Below, in pieces: positions 16,433 to 25,954 of a stretch of DNA of 64,000 nt. The notes beneath the pieces were generated by a model. That model made no database searches, was not told where the DNA came from, and saw only the letters and a program-made list of their open reading frames with translations. A program made the position numbers and the translations under genes. The stretch lies in the NCBI GenBank assembly GCA_964525875.1, contig CAZGJS010000005.1:143184-207183 (forward strand), written 5' to 3'. The stretch comes from an uncultured Eubacteriales bacterium. GTDB lineage: Bacteria > Acidobacteriota > Aminicenantia > Aminicenantales > Saccharicenantaceae. The stretch's first letter is position 1. Each line of letters starts with the position of its first letter.

Positions 16433-18349
16433 CTAGCCGATCTTCACTTTCGTCCGGGCGACGCCGCCGCGCGTCGAGAGGATGGCGACGTCGGCCTCGC
16501 CGGCCGTGCCCGGCTTGATCTTGACCTTCCAGCGGACCTCTTTTTTCTCGTTTTGTTTGAGAAAGCCGATTTCCTGACGCCCCCTCACGCCGACGAGCTC
16601 GGCGCCCGCGGGAAGGCGGACCTCCGCGGTGTCGGGCCGGACGATCTTGACCCGGTCGGCCATCTTGAGGGCCGTGGGCAGGAAGCCCTCGTTGGTGAAA
16701 ACGGCGACGACCTCGAACGTGTCGGCCTCTTTCTTGACCGGCTTGATTTCGGCGGAGACGATCTTCACCTGGGGCAGGGACTTGGCCATGAAAAGGTTGA
16801 ATAGGGCCTCTTCCCTGATCCACTCCTCGAGGATCTCGACAGGCGGGTTTTGCCGCCAGTACTTCGGATTGAAGCCGCCGATCTCGACCTCGCCGAGCGT
16901 CGGGTGGATGGACTTCGTCCAGGGCTTGAAATAGCGGCCGCCGAGCTCCTCGTCGATATAACGAAGGCTCTCGAGGTCGGTGATGCGGCCGTCGCCGTCG
17001 TAGTCCTTGACCCGGCCGCCGTTCCACAGCTCGTCGCCGTACCAGACGGCGCCGTAATAGAGATAGCCGAAGTCCGGCGAATGGCCGAAGAGCGGTGAGC
17101 CTTGGGGCTCGCGCGGCATCTCGAAGCCTCTCTCGGCGGTCCGGGCCCGCATGTCGCGGTCGTCCCGGCCCTGATTGGCGTAGTCCCAGTACGTGTCGCC
17201 GGCGCTCGGGTAGCCGGTGATCTTTTTCCCCTGCTCGTCGAAGTACTGGTAGATCTTCATGTCCTCGGGGAACATGGATTCGCTCATGCGGCTCGTCGAC
17301 GGACCGTGGAGCAGCATGGGCACGGCCGTGTCCATGGTCTGGACGACGCTGACGTTGGGGTGCTCGAGGAGGAACGTGAAGACCGCCCGCGTCTCGGTCT
17401 CGGAGAGCGGATACTCGCCCGCCCCGCCCTGCGTCCAGCCGCGGCCGGTCATATCCAGGCCGGGCATCGGACGCCAGTTCTCCGGGTAGTTGCGGTGAAG
17501 GTCCAGGCCGCCGATACCGTCCTCGTTGGTCCGTCCGTCGCCGTCGTTGTCGACGCCCTCGGCCGAGACGATGTAATCGCCCTTGCCGTCGGTGGCCCGT
17601 TTCATCAGCCGGCCCGACGGGTCGGCCGGGTCGAGGATCATCGCGCCCTTGCCGGGCTCGACCTTTTTCCGCATCTGAAGGATGAAACCGTCGCCGTTGA
17701 GGTCCTCGGGCGGGTCCTCATCGAGGAGGCCGTCCCTGTCGTCGTCGTACGGGCGGACCGTGCTGCGGTTCGACTGGGCCGTGTTGAGATAGAGCTCGGA
17801 GCCGTCGGGGTTGTTCTTGACCCTGACGTAGATGGCCTTGGTGTCGACGAGCCTGGTCATTTCGGGGTCCTTGCCGTACGAGGAGAGGATGTGCCAGGCG
17901 AACCAGAGGGCGGACTCCGCTCCGGTGACCTCGCCGGAATGCCGGTTCCCCTCGATGAACATGGCCGGCTTGTCGGTGTCCTTCCCCGTGGACTTATTGG
18001 CGATCGTGATCTGCCAGATGTCGCGGCCCTCGAAGCTCTTGCCCACGGAATAAAGATCGACCAGGTTCGCGTATTCGGTCGCCCATTTCCGGAGAAAGGC
18101 GTTGACCTCGTCGTAGGTGTGATAATGGGCGAAGTCCATCTCGCCGGCGACCTTGGGCTTGGTGAAGGGCGTGTCGATCCTCGGGAAGTAGCTGATCCCA
18201 TGTCGGATACCGCCAACCGTGTACATCTTCGACGGCTTTGACTCCTGAGGTCCCCGTTCTCGCGGCCCCGGTTCTTGGGCTGAGGCGACGATGATGACGA
18301 TCGCAGCGATTGCCGCGGCCGGGCCAAGCTTCAAGGCGCGCTTATTCAT
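16433..18349 (-). CDS. M14-family metallocarboxypeptidase, secreted
   Basis: 638 aa, signal peptide; M14 zinc-site context (FIEGNRHSGEVTG) and C-terminal beta-rich domain; GAGGAGG SD before the ATG. Confidence 0.85.
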   Translation of the reverse strand: MNKRALKLGPAAAIAAIVIIVASAQEPGPRERGPQESKPSKMYTVGGIRHGISYFPRIDTPFTKPKVAGEMDFAHYHTYDEVNAFLRKWATEYANLVDLYSVGKSFEGRDIWQITIANKSTGKDTDKPAMFIEGNRHSGEVTGAESALWFAWHILSSYGKDPEMTRLVDTKAIYVRVKNNPDGSELYLNTAQSNRSTVRPYDDDRDGLLDEDPPEDLNGDGFILQMRKKVEPGKGAMILDPADPSGRLMKRATDGKGDYIVSAEGVDNDGDGRTNEDGIGGLDLHRNYPENWRPMPGLDMTGRGWTQGGAGEYPLSETETRAVFTFLLEHPNVSVVQTMDTAVPMLLHGPSTSRMSESMFPEDMKIYQYFDEQGKKITGYPSAGDTYWDYANQGRDDRDMRARTAERGFEMPREPQGSPLFGHSPDFGYLYYGAVWYGDELWNGGRVKDYDGDGRITDLESLRYIDEELGGRYFKPWTKSIHPTLGEVEIGGFNPKYWRQNPPVEILEEWIREEALFNLFMAKSLPQVKIVSAEIKPVKKEADTFEVVAVFTNEGFLPTALKMADRVKIVRPDTAEVRLPAGAELVGVRGRQEIGFLKQNEKKEVRWKVKIKPGTAGEADVAILSTRGGVARTKVKIG

Positions 18350-18423
18350 GTGACCTCCTCGCGAGAATGTAAAGCGGAGGATATTCGGAATGCGCGGTCA
18401 AGTCAACCGCCGGCGATGCCTGC

Positions 18424-19008
18424 GGGTCCTCGGGGATCGTCTCCGTCCGCTGCGGTGATTCTTCACGCCTTCCCGGTCCGGAGTCGATGGGAGGAGTCCG
18501 CGTCTCCGGTCCGGAAAGTCTAAATCACCGCTTTATGCTCCCTCAGACGACCCCCCTCGGCCCCGCTTGGCATCGCCGCGCAGAGTGCAGCGAATCTAGT
18601 CCTTGTTGCTCTTCCGACCCGATCAAAATATATAAAAGTATTGTGGCTTCAAGACGTTCCATCACATTTCTTATTGTTGCTTCGAAGATTCCGCTCTCTG
18701 CATCTCCTAAATATCACCTCCCCATCGGCATCGGGGCGCTCGCAGGAGGAGGCCGCGGGATAAAGGGGCTGAGAGGATCATCGGAGTGAGCATAGGCGGT
18801 GATTTAGCCGGGCAGCGTGACGGACGAGGGCAGTTTCAGGGGAAACCGCCAAAACGTGTTTGAGCTCGGCGTAGCGTACGCCGAGTGAGTTGTTTTGGCA
18901 CCGCTGGGGCGTGTGGATCCCAGGCCCCAGCGGTGTAAAAAATCACCGCAGCGAACGAAGATAATCCCCGAGGCCCCTCAGCGGCCGATGGAGCGGCACG
19001 CCCCGAGC
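18424..19008. repeat. Composite palindromic repeat, copy R2: A(rc) 18424-18460, hairpin 18473-18514, B 18520-18564, AT-rich core 18565-18756, B(rc) 18757-18807, module C 18804-18903, hairpin 18901-18932, A 18941-19008
   Basis: Nested inverted repeats read directly; modules recur at 1-403, 31352-31667, 62655-62775. Confidence 0.8.
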
Positions 19009-19089
19009 AGAAAAGGTGGAATTCTTCCAGGAAACCCCTCGGCCTTTTTTTAAACCGTGGCGAGAACGCTGACTTCTGAGCTACTCCGC

Positions 19090-19569
19090 TCAGTCCGGGA
19101 AGCTGATGAGGGCGACGGCGTAGCAAGCGATGGCCTGCTTCTCGCCGACCGGCCCCAGCCCTTCGTTGGTCTTGGCCTTGATGCCCAGGCTGGTCGCGGG
19201 GATCCCGAGGACGGGACAAAGGACCGCCTTCATCGCCGGGATGTGCGGGCCCATTTTCGGCTCTTCGGCCACGATGACCGAATCCACGTTGACGATTGCG
19301 GCGCCGCGTTGCCGCAGGAGCCCGACGACGTCCCCGAGGAGCCCCACGCTCCGCGCCCCCTTGAAAAGGGGGTCTGTGTCCGGGAAGAGGCCGCCGATGT
19401 CGCCCTCTCCGAGGGCCCCGAGGAGGGCGTCGATGACGGCGTGGGCCAGGGCGTCGCCGTCGGAGTGCCCGGCGAGGCCCGCTCGGAAAGGGATGTCGAC
19501 GCCGCCGAGGACGAGCTTGCGCCCGGCTTCCAGCCGATGGATGTCGTAGCCGAAACCTATCTTATGCAT
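19090..19569 (-). CDS. ispF: 2-C-methyl-D-erythritol 2,4-cyclodiphosphate synthase
   Basis: 159 aa; GYDIHRL and GHSDGDALAHA motifs. Confidence 0.95.
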   Translation of the reverse strand: MHKIGFGYDIHRLEAGRKLVLGGVDIPFRAGLAGHSDGDALAHAVIDALLGALGEGDIGGLFPDTDPLFKGARSVGLLGDVVGLLRQRGAAIVNVDSVIVAEEPKMGPHIPAMKAVLCPVLGIPATSLGIKAKTNEGLGPVGEKQAIACYAVALISFPD

Positions 19570-20227
19570 CGAGAAGCCCCTCCGCGATTTTCAAGTCGAC
19601 CGGTGTGGTGATCTTGATATTGCGCGGGTCGCCCTCGACCGTGCTTACCGGGATGCCCGCCCGCTCGGCGAGCATCGCTTCGTCCGTGCCGTAGAACCTG
19701 TCCCGGCGGGCCTGATCCAGGGCTTTCTTCAGCACGGCGTAAAGGAACCCCTGGGGGGTCTGCGCCCGCGCGAGAAAGGTCCTGTCGACCGTCCCGACGA
19801 CACGACCGTCCCGGACCTCCTTGACGGTTTCTTCGAGCGGCAGGATGGGCACGGCCGCCCCGGCGGCGCGGGCCGCGGCGATGACCCGGCTGACGAGGCC
19901 GGCGCTCACGAGCGGCCTGGCCCCATCGTGGACCAGAACGACATCCGCCGTCGCGGCATCGAGAAGGCGGAAGCCCTGCCAGACCGAGTCCTGACGTCTC
20001 TCGCCGCCGCGGACGATGTCGACGATCTTGGGGTAGCGCATCCGGTAGTGTTTCAGGTCCTGTTCATCGGGGAGGACGAGGGCGACGGCGTCCACCTCGC
20101 CATGGGCCTGGAACGCTTCGAGCGTCCATTCGAGGACGGGTTTGCCCCGCAGGTAGGCGAACTGCTTCATCTCGCCGAAGCGCTTGCCGGCCCCGGCCGC
20201 GACGACGATGGCCGACGCCCGGCTCAC
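19562..20227 (-). CDS. ispD: 2-C-methyl-D-erythritol 4-phosphate cytidylyltransferase
   Basis: 221 aa from GTG 20227 (GTGA overlap with the upstream stop); [13 protein letters not shown] motif; 8-nt overlap with ispF. Confidence 0.9.
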   Translation of the reverse strand: MSRASAIVVAAGAGKRFGEMKQFAYLRGKPVLEWTLEAFQAHGEVDAVALVLPDEQDLKHYRMRYPKIVDIVRGGERRQDSVWQGFRLLDAATADVVLVHDGARPLVSAGLVSRVIAAARAAGAAVPILPLEETVKEVRDGRVVGTVDRTFLARAQTPQGFLYAVLKKALDQARRDRFYGTDEAMLAERAGIPVSTVEGDPRNIKITTPVDLKIAEGLLDA

Positions 20228-21213
20228 TTGGACTCTCCGTTGAAGCGGCCGAAGATCATCTTCCCGACCGTCGTCTGGAGGACGGAGGTGACGGTGATGT
20301 CGACCGTCTGGCCGATCATTCGCCGCGAGTTGTCGACCACAACCATGGTGCCGTCGTCGAGGTAGGCGACGCCCTGTTCTTTTTCCTTGCCCTCCTTGAG
20401 AATGAACACGTTCATGGTCTCGCCCGGCAGGGCCACCGGCCGCAGCGAGTTGACGACCTCGTTGATGTTGAGGACCTTGATGCCCTGGATGCGGGCGACC
20501 TTGTTCAGGTTGTAGTCGTTGGTGACGATCTTGCCGTTCATGGACCTGGCGCATTCGATGAGCTTGGAGTCGACGTCGGGGGTCTCGGGGAAGTCCAGGT
20601 CGGAGATGACGACCTCCACCTGGGAGGATTTCTGGAGACGGTCGATGACGTCGAGGCCGCGCCGGCCCCGCTGCCGCTTCAGCCCGTCCGCGGAGTCGGC
20701 CACGAACTGGAGCTCCTTGAGGACGAACTGGGGGACGATGAGCGTACCCTCGACGAACCCGGTGTCGCAGAGGTCGGCGATTCGGCCGTCGATGATGACG
20801 CTCGTATCGAGGATCTTAAAGCTGCGGCCGGCCCGTTTCTCCTTGAACAGCCCGATGAGGTGGGCTGGGTCGAGCCACTCCGGCTTCCGCGTCCCGACGA
20901 GGAGCCCGATGTAGGGCATGATGGCCAGGAAGAAGATGCGGATGAAGGTGGCCATCTCCGCTGTGTGGACGACGGACTGGTAGATCGCGCCGAGCATCCA
21001 GCCGAGGAGGATGCCGGCGAGCAGGCCCATGCCGGCGCTCCAGATGACCCGGAACTGGGCCTTCCGTATTCGGGTCTCCAGGAACATCATCAGGGCGCCC
21101 AGGAAGAAGGCCGCGGCGGCCCCGTAGGCCCCGTTGAGCCTGAAGGGCGGATAGAAGTAGCCGCCGATCGTGATCAGACCGATGATGAAGAAGCGGAAAA
21201 TGAAAAGGCCCAT
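20224..21213 (-). CDS. PIN/TRAM domain membrane protein (YacL-like)
   Basis: 329 aa; 4 N-terminal TM segments, PIN domain ([12 protein letters not shown]), C-terminal TRAM-like domain. Confidence 0.85.
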   Translation of the reverse strand: MGLFIFRFFIIGLITIGGYFYPPFRLNGAYGAAAAFFLGALMMFLETRIRKAQFRVIWSAGMGLLAGILLGWMLGAIYQSVVHTAEMATFIRIFFLAIMPYIGLLVGTRKPEWLDPAHLIGLFKEKRAGRSFKILDTSVIIDGRIADLCDTGFVEGTLIVPQFVLKELQFVADSADGLKRQRGRRGLDVIDRLQKSSQVEVVISDLDFPETPDVDSKLIECARSMNGKIVTNDYNLNKVARIQGIKVLNINEVVNSLRPVALPGETMNVFILKEGKEKEQGVAYLDDGTMVVVDNSRRMIGQTVDITVTSVLQTTVGKMIFGRFNGESK

Positions 21214-21238
21214 AAGTTCTTTCCTTATATAAATGGGA

Positions 21239-22597
21239 TCAAAAAACGTGGTCGAGGGCTTGGCGGACGGTCTTCGCGCCCACGCACTGGATCGCCGGCA
21301 GGTCTTGTTTGTCCAGCCCGGCCAAGTTGCCGGCCGGGAGGAGGACGGTCCCGAAACCCAGGGAATGGGCCTCCTTGATCCGGACCAGCGGCTGGTTGAC
21401 GGAGCGGATCTCGCCGCTGAGGCCGACCTCCCCGAAGAAGACCATGTCCTGGGGCAAGGGCACGTTCTTGAGGGAGGAGACGACGGCCATGACGACGCCC
21501 AGGTCGACGGCGGGCTCGTCGATAGACATCCCCCCGGCTACGTTGAGGTAGATGTCCTCGCCGGCGAAGCTATATCCGGCCTTCTTCTCGACCAGGGCGA
21601 GGAGCATGGCCGCCCGGTAATGGTCGAGGCCGATGGTCATGCGCCTGGGGTTCCCCGTGAAGATCGTCGAGGAAACGAGGGCCTGGATCTCGGCGAGGAG
21701 AGGCCGGGTCCCCTTGACCGTGCAGACGACGGCGCTGCCGGCCTCCTCGCGCGGCCGTTCGCGCAGAAAGAAGGCCGAGGGGTTGAGGATGGGCTGGAGC
21801 CCCGCGGCCGTCATCTCGAAAACCGCCAGTTCCGACACGGGTCCGAACCTGTTCTTCATGGCTCGAAGGACGCGGTGGCTGTGGTCCCTCTCGCCCTCGA
21901 AAAGGAGGACGACGTCGACGATGTGCTCGAGGGATTTCGGCCCGGCCAGCGTCCCGTCCTTGGTGATGTGGCCGACCAGGAAGGTCGGGACCTGTCTGTT
22001 CTTGGCGTAGCGGATGATCTGGTTGGCCGCCTCCCGGACTTGGCTGATCGTCCCCGGTCCCGAGGTCATCTTGGCCGAGAAAACGGTCTGGATGGAGTCC
22101 ACGATGAGAATCTTGGGCGCGAGGCGCTCGGCCTGGGCCAGGATGCGCTCGAGGTTGGTCTCCGCCAAGAGGAAAAGACGGCCGTCCCGGACTCCCAGCC
22201 GGTCCCCCCTGAGCTTGATCTGCTCCAGGGATTCCTCCCCGGAAACGTAGAGGACCGTGGCCTCCCCGGCGGCCATGTCCCGGGCCACCTGGAGGAGGAG
22301 AGTCGACTTGCCGATGCCGGGCTCGCCGCCGACGAGGACGAGAGAGCCGGAAACGAGGCCCCCGCCGAGAACCTTGTTGAAGTCCTCGATGCCGACGGTG
22401 AGCCTCTGGCGAGGGATGTCCTGGATATCCTTGTAGAGGACGGGCTCGGTCGGGGCGTAGCTGATGCCGCCGGACGGGGTCTCGTCCTCGACCTCTTCGA
22501 CGAGGGTGTTCCACTCGCCGCAGGCGTGGCAGCGGCCCATCCACTTCGGCGAGCGGGAGCCGCAGCTCTGGCAGATGAAAACCGTTTTGTCCTTCAT
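21239..22597 (-). CDS. radA: DNA repair protein RadA
   Basis: 452 aa from ATG 22597; zinc finger CQSCG...CHACGEWN, Walker [15 protein letters not shown] motif, Lon-like C-terminal domain. Confidence 0.95.
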   Translation of the reverse strand: MKDKTVFICQSCGSRSPKWMGRCHACGEWNTLVEEVEDETPSGGISYAPTEPVLYKDIQDIPRQRLTVGIEDFNKVLGGGLVSGSLVLVGGEPGIGKSTLLLQVARDMAAGEATVLYVSGEESLEQIKLRGDRLGVRDGRLFLLAETNLERILAQAERLAPKILIVDSIQTVFSAKMTSGPGTISQVREAANQIIRYAKNRQVPTFLVGHITKDGTLAGPKSLEHIVDVVLLFEGERDHSHRVLRAMKNRFGPVSELAVFEMTAAGLQPILNPSAFFLRERPREEAGSAVVCTVKGTRPLLAEIQALVSSTIFTGNPRRMTIGLDHYRAAMLLALVEKKAGYSFAGEDIYLNVAGGMSIDEPAVDLGVVMAVVSSLKNVPLPQDMVFFGEVGLSGEIRSVNQPLVRIKEAHSLGFGTVLLPAGNLAGLDKQDLPAIQCVGAKTVRQALDHVF

Positions 22598-22611
22598 CCC
22601 CGCCCCATCGT

Positions 22612-23973
22612 TCAGTACTCCGGGGCGAACTGCTCCATGTCGGCGAAACGGGCGTACTCGCGGATGAAAGCCATCTTGAGGTTGCCGATCGGCCCGTTCC
22701 TCTGCTTGGCGATGCTGACCTCGGCGACGCCCTTGAGCGACTCGTCGTCGGGGTGGTAGAACTCGGGCCGGTAGATGAAGATGACGACGTCGGCGTCCTG
22801 TTCGAGGGCTCCCGACTCGCGGAGGTCGGAGAGCATGGGCTTGGGTTCGCGCCGCCCCTTCTCGGGGGCCCGGCTGAGCTGGGAGATCCCGACGACCGGG
22901 ATGCGCAGCTCCTTGGCCAACTCCTTGAGGGACCGGGAGACGAAGGACATCTCCTGGTTGCGGTTCTCGAACCGCCCGCCCGTCCGCATGAGCTGGATGT
23001 AATCGACGAAGACGATGTCGAGGCGCTGCTCCATCTTCAGCCGCCGGCACTTGGCCTTCATCTCCATAACCGTCAGGGCCGGCGATTCGTCGATGAAGAT
23101 CCGGGCCCGGGAGAGGGCCTCGCCGGCGAGCTTGAGCTTTTCGAACTCGCGGTCGCTGACGAACCCGGTCCGGGTCTTCTTGATGTCGATCTGGGACTCG
23201 GCGCAGAGGAGCCGGATGACGATCTGTTCCTGGGCCATCTCCATGGAAAAGAAGCCGACGGCCTTGTCCGTCTTGATCCCGACGTGGTGGGAGATGTTCA
23301 GGGCCAGGGCGGTCTTGCCCATGGACGGCCGGGCCGCCAGGATGATGAGCTCCGAGGGGTGGAACCCCGCGGTCAGGCCGTCGAGGTAGCGGAACCCGGA
23401 GGGGACCCCGGTGACGGCCTCCTTGCGCTCGGCCAGCATGCGGATCATCTCCAGGGTCGGCCCGGTCAGGGCGTTCATGGGCTGGAAGCCGGGTTTGATG
23501 CGCTGCTCGGCGACTTCGATGATGGCCGCCTGGGCGGCGTTGAGTAGTTCGTCGGCGTCCTCCTTCTGCTCGTAGCTCTCCTGGATGATCCGGGTGGAGG
23601 AGAGGATCAGCCGGCGAAGGAGCGCCTTCTCCTTGATGATCTTGGCGTAGTACTCGATGTTGATGTTGCGGGGGACGCCGTCGAGAAGGGACGAGAGATA
23701 GGAGGCGCCGCCTATCTCTTCCAGGATGCCCGCCCGCTGGGCGTCATCGGTCAGGCTGAGGAGGTCCACGGGGAGCCCCCTGTCGACGAGCCCGACGATC
23801 CGCTCCAGGATCTTCCGGTGGGCGTCCTTATAGAGGTCGTCCGGGGAGATCGTGGACAGGACGACGTTCAAGCTCTCGTTCTGGACGAGGATGCCGCCGA
23901 GGACCGTCCGTTCGGCCTCGAGGCTCTGCGGCGGCGTCTTTTTCAGGAACATCGTGTCGAGTTCCATGGCCAC
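22612..23973 (-). CDS. dnaB: Replicative DNA helicase DnaB
   Basis: 453 aa (GTG at 23973; ATG at 23967 equally possible); Walker A ARPSMGKTA, typical DnaB N- and C-terminal domains. Confidence 0.95.
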   Translation of the reverse strand: MAMELDTMFLKKTPPQSLEAERTVLGGILVQNESLNVVLSTISPDDLYKDAHRKILERIVGLVDRGLPVDLLSLTDDAQRAGILEEIGGASYLSSLLDGVPRNINIEYYAKIIKEKALLRRLILSSTRIIQESYEQKEDADELLNAAQAAIIEVAEQRIKPGFQPMNALTGPTLEMIRMLAERKEAVTGVPSGFRYLDGLTAGFHPSELIILAARPSMGKTALALNISHHVGIKTDKAVGFFSMEMAQEQIVIRLLCAESQIDIKKTRTGFVSDREFEKLKLAGEALSRARIFIDESPALTVMEMKAKCRRLKMEQRLDIVFVDYIQLMRTGGRFENRNQEMSFVSRSLKELAKELRIPVVGISQLSRAPEKGRREPKPMLSDLRESGALEQDADVVIFIYRPEFYHPDDESLKGVAEVSIAKQRNGPIGNLKMAFIREYARFADMEQFAPEY

Positions 23974-24005
23974 CTCGCTCCAGCCAGAACCGATCCGGGG
24001 AACGC

Positions 24006-24515
24006 TCAGGTCTTTCCGGTCGTCTGGTCTTCCGTCTTTCCGTCGGCTGCGCCGCCGTCCGTTCCCTCGGCCTCTTCGCGGGCCACGACGACCTTGATCT
24101 CCGCCCGGTCATCGTGGCTGATCTTGATGGGGACCGCGAAATTGCCGAGCCGCTTGATCGGGTCGTCGAGCAGGATCTTCTTCTTGTCGATGTCGTACCC
24201 CAGCCTGTCGAGGGCTTCCTTGACGTCGCCGGACGACACGGAGCCGAAGATGACGTCCTTTTCGCCGGCCCGGCGGGTGAACGTCAGGGAGACCTGGCTG
24301 AGCTTCTGGGCGAGCGACTGAAAGGCCTTCCGCTCGACCTCGACTTTTTTCTTCAGGGCCTGGCGTTCGATCTCGATCATCTTGATGTTCGTCGGAGTGA
24401 CGGCAAGGGCCATCTTCCGGGGGATGAGATAGTTCCGCCCGAACCCGGGGGCGACGTTGACCACATCGCCGCGCCGGCCCAGTTTTTCCACGTCCTGTTT
24501 CAGAATGACTTTCAT
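24006..24515 (-). CDS. rplI: 50S ribosomal protein L9
   Basis: 169 aa; MKVILKQDVEKLGRRGDVVNVAPGFGRNYLIP; acidic C-terminal tail. Confidence 0.93.
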   Translation of the reverse strand: MKVILKQDVEKLGRRGDVVNVAPGFGRNYLIPRKMALAVTPTNIKMIEIERQALKKKVEVERKAFQSLAQKLSQVSLTFTRRAGEKDVIFGSVSSGDVKEALDRLGYDIDKKKILLDDPIKRLGNFAVPIKISHDDRAEIKVVVAREEAEGTDGGAADGKTEDQTTGKT

Positions 24516-24516
24516 G

Positions 24517-24792
24517 TCAATCCTCGACGTAAGGGAGAAGGGCCATGAGCCGGGCCCGCTTGATGGCCAGGGCGAGCTTCCTCTGATGGAACGAACACGT
24601 CCCGGTGATCCGGCGGGGGGTGATCCTGCCCCGGTCGGGGATGTACTTCTTCAGGATCTCGACGGCCTTGTAATCGATGCCCCGGACGTCCCGCTGGCAG
24701 AACCGGCAGAATTTCCTCTTGGGCGTGAAATACTTCCTGTAGCCGCCCCGCTCGCTCCGTTCGCCTCTTTCGGATCTATCGTCTCTCGGCAT
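24517..24792 (-). CDS. rpsR: 30S ribosomal protein S18
   Basis: 91 aa; C-terminal [27 protein letters not shown]. Confidence 0.93.
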   Translation of the reverse strand: MPRDDRSERGERSERGGYRKYFTPKRKFCRFCQRDVRGIDYKAVEILKKYIPDRGRITPRRITGTCSFHQRKLALAIKRARLMALLPYVED

Positions 24793-24793
24793 C

Positions 24794-25195
24794 TCACTTC
24801 TCCTCTTTCACTTCGGCGGGAACGGCGGCCGTCTGTTCGACGGCTGGTTCGACGGCGGCCTGGACGGCTTCCTCGGCGCGCTTTTTCCTCTTCCGCCCAA
24901 TGAGGTCCCGCGGGTCCCGGAGGACGGTCATGAACCGGATGACGGCGTCGGTCTGCTTGAACCGGCGCTCCAGCTCCGTGGAGATGTCGCCCGCGCCTTC
25001 ATAGGTGAAAAAAACGTAAACGCCCTCCTGGAATCTTTTGATCGGGAAGGCCAGCCTGCGCTTGCCCCAGATGTCCTGCTTGACCATGCGGCCCTTTCTT
25101 TGGGCGACGACTTCGACCATCTGCCGCACGAACTGCGCCGTCTCTTCTTCCGAGAGCGTGGGGGAGAGAACGAACCCCGTTTCGTATTGTCTCAC
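24794..25195 (-). CDS. rpsF: 30S ribosomal protein S6
   Basis: 133 aa from GTG 25195 preceded by AAGGAGG; (V)[11 protein letters not shown]... matches the S6 N-terminus. Confidence 0.9.
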   Translation of the reverse strand: MRQYETGFVLSPTLSEEETAQFVRQMVEVVAQRKGRMVKQDIWGKRRLAFPIKRFQEGVYVFFTYEGAGDISTELERRFKQTDAVIRFMTVLRDPRDLIGRKRKKRAEEAVQAAVEPAVEQTAAVPAEVKEEK

Positions 25196-25322
25196 TGAGA
25201 CCTCCTTATGGATGTAACAGCTCCTCCCCTCGGGAAGGAACAAGGAGTGCACCGACTATTCTAGCCGATTCTCCGGAAAATTCAACCTTCCGCCGCGCGC
25301 CGGCAGGGAATCCCTGTGTCCC

Positions 25323-25397
25323 GGGATTCCCAGTCATCGCCCGGCGATGGCAGGGGGTTCCTATTTTCCGGAATCCCCAGTCATCACCTTGTGATGG
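25323..25397. repeat. Tandem 47-nt duplication of a small hairpin unit at the 3' end of pth
   Basis: gggattcccagtcatcgcccggcgatgg (25323-25350) vs ggaatccccagtcatcaccttgtgatgg (25370-25397); stem pair G-C replaced by A-T. Confidence 0.45.
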
Positions 25398-25951
25398 TTG
25401 AAACGGGTCATGGCCCGGTCGATCGCCCCGTCGAGGATCATCTCCAGAGCCTCGCCGGCCGCTTCGAGGCTTTTCTCGAGAGACGGACGCTCGTCCCGCT
25501 TGAAGGGCTCGAGGACGTAATCGGCCGCGTCCCGGCCGCCGGGGAGCGGCCCGATGCCGACCCGGATGCGCGGGAACTCATCGGTCCGGGTTTCGCCCAC
25601 GACCGAGATCAGGCCCTTGTGCGTGCCGGGCCGGCCCTTCTTCCTGACCCGGATCTCGCCGAGCGGGATGTCGAGGTCGTCGTAGACCACGACGAGCCGT
25701 TCGGGCGGGATGCCCTTGCCGGCCATGGCCGCCCGCGCCGCCAGGCCGCTCCGGTTCATGTAAGTCTTGGGGAGGACCAGCAGGACGTCCTCCTCGCCGC
25801 GGCGGGCGACACCGGTCCTGGCCCGGAACAGCCGGCCCCGGAGAGGGACCTCCCAGGCGCGGGCCATCCGTTCGACGAGCATGAAACCGGCGTTGTGGCG
25901 CGTGGCCGCGTACTCGTCACCCGGGTTGCCCAGCCCCACAACCAGCCACAA
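25361..25951 (-). CDS. pth: Peptidyl-tRNA hydrolase
   Basis: 196 aa, TTG start; LVVGLGNPGDEYAATRHNAGF motif. Confidence 0.93.
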   Translation of the reverse strand: MWLVVGLGNPGDEYAATRHNAGFMLVERMARAWEVPLRGRLFRARTGVARRGEEDVLLVLPKTYMNRSGLAARAAMAGKGIPPERLVVVYDDLDIPLGEIRVRKKGRPGTHKGLISVVGETRTDEFPRIRVGIGPLPGGRDAADYVLEPFKRDERPSLEKSLEAAGEALEMILDGAIDRAMTRFNHHKVMTGDSGK

Positions 25952-25954
25952 GGA

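Noticed and set aside
18463-18520. SRP RNA or RNase P RNA fragment, suggested by ggtccggaaagtc
   Set aside because: It resembles the conserved SRP (GGUCCGGAAGGAAGCAGC) and RNase P (GAGGAAAGUCCGGGC) motifs only over a few bases. The surrounding helices and lengths do not fit, and the segment is repeated at 31398-31445.
18487-18789. 100-aa ORF inside repeat R2, with related ORFs at 31413-31601(+) and 197-430(-) that share peptide strings (MGGVRVS.., ..LKLPSS..)
   Set aside because: The shared peptides are just translations of the shared repeat modules. There is no SD or start conservation, the frames are not maintained between copies, and one copy is on the opposite strand.
18520-18806. Tc1/mariner- or IS630-type MITE with a TA target-site duplication (TA flanks aatcaccgc at 18521-22 and 18805-06, and also at 46-47, 31599-600 and 62699-700)
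   Set aside because: This is only partly rejected. The sequence beyond the TA is itself conserved between copies (module C next to TA at 18807 and 31598; the hairpin next to TA in the U units). The TA is therefore internal to a larger conserved unit, not demonstrably a duplicated target. A MITE-like origin is still possible.
18424-19008. CRISPR array or tracrRNA-like interpretation of the aatcaccgc repeats and of gtttcaggggaaac
   Set aside because: There are no regularly spaced direct repeats. The copies are in inverted orientation with different partners, there are no spacers of uniform length, and there is no cas gene in 64 kb.
19030-19052. T-run ggccttttttt as an intrinsic terminator of an sRNA from repeat R2
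   Set aside because: I could not find a convincing GC-rich stem immediately upstream (only 5 bp, ccgag/ctcgg, with a long loop). It is left as a possibility inside the R2 finding, not called as a feature.
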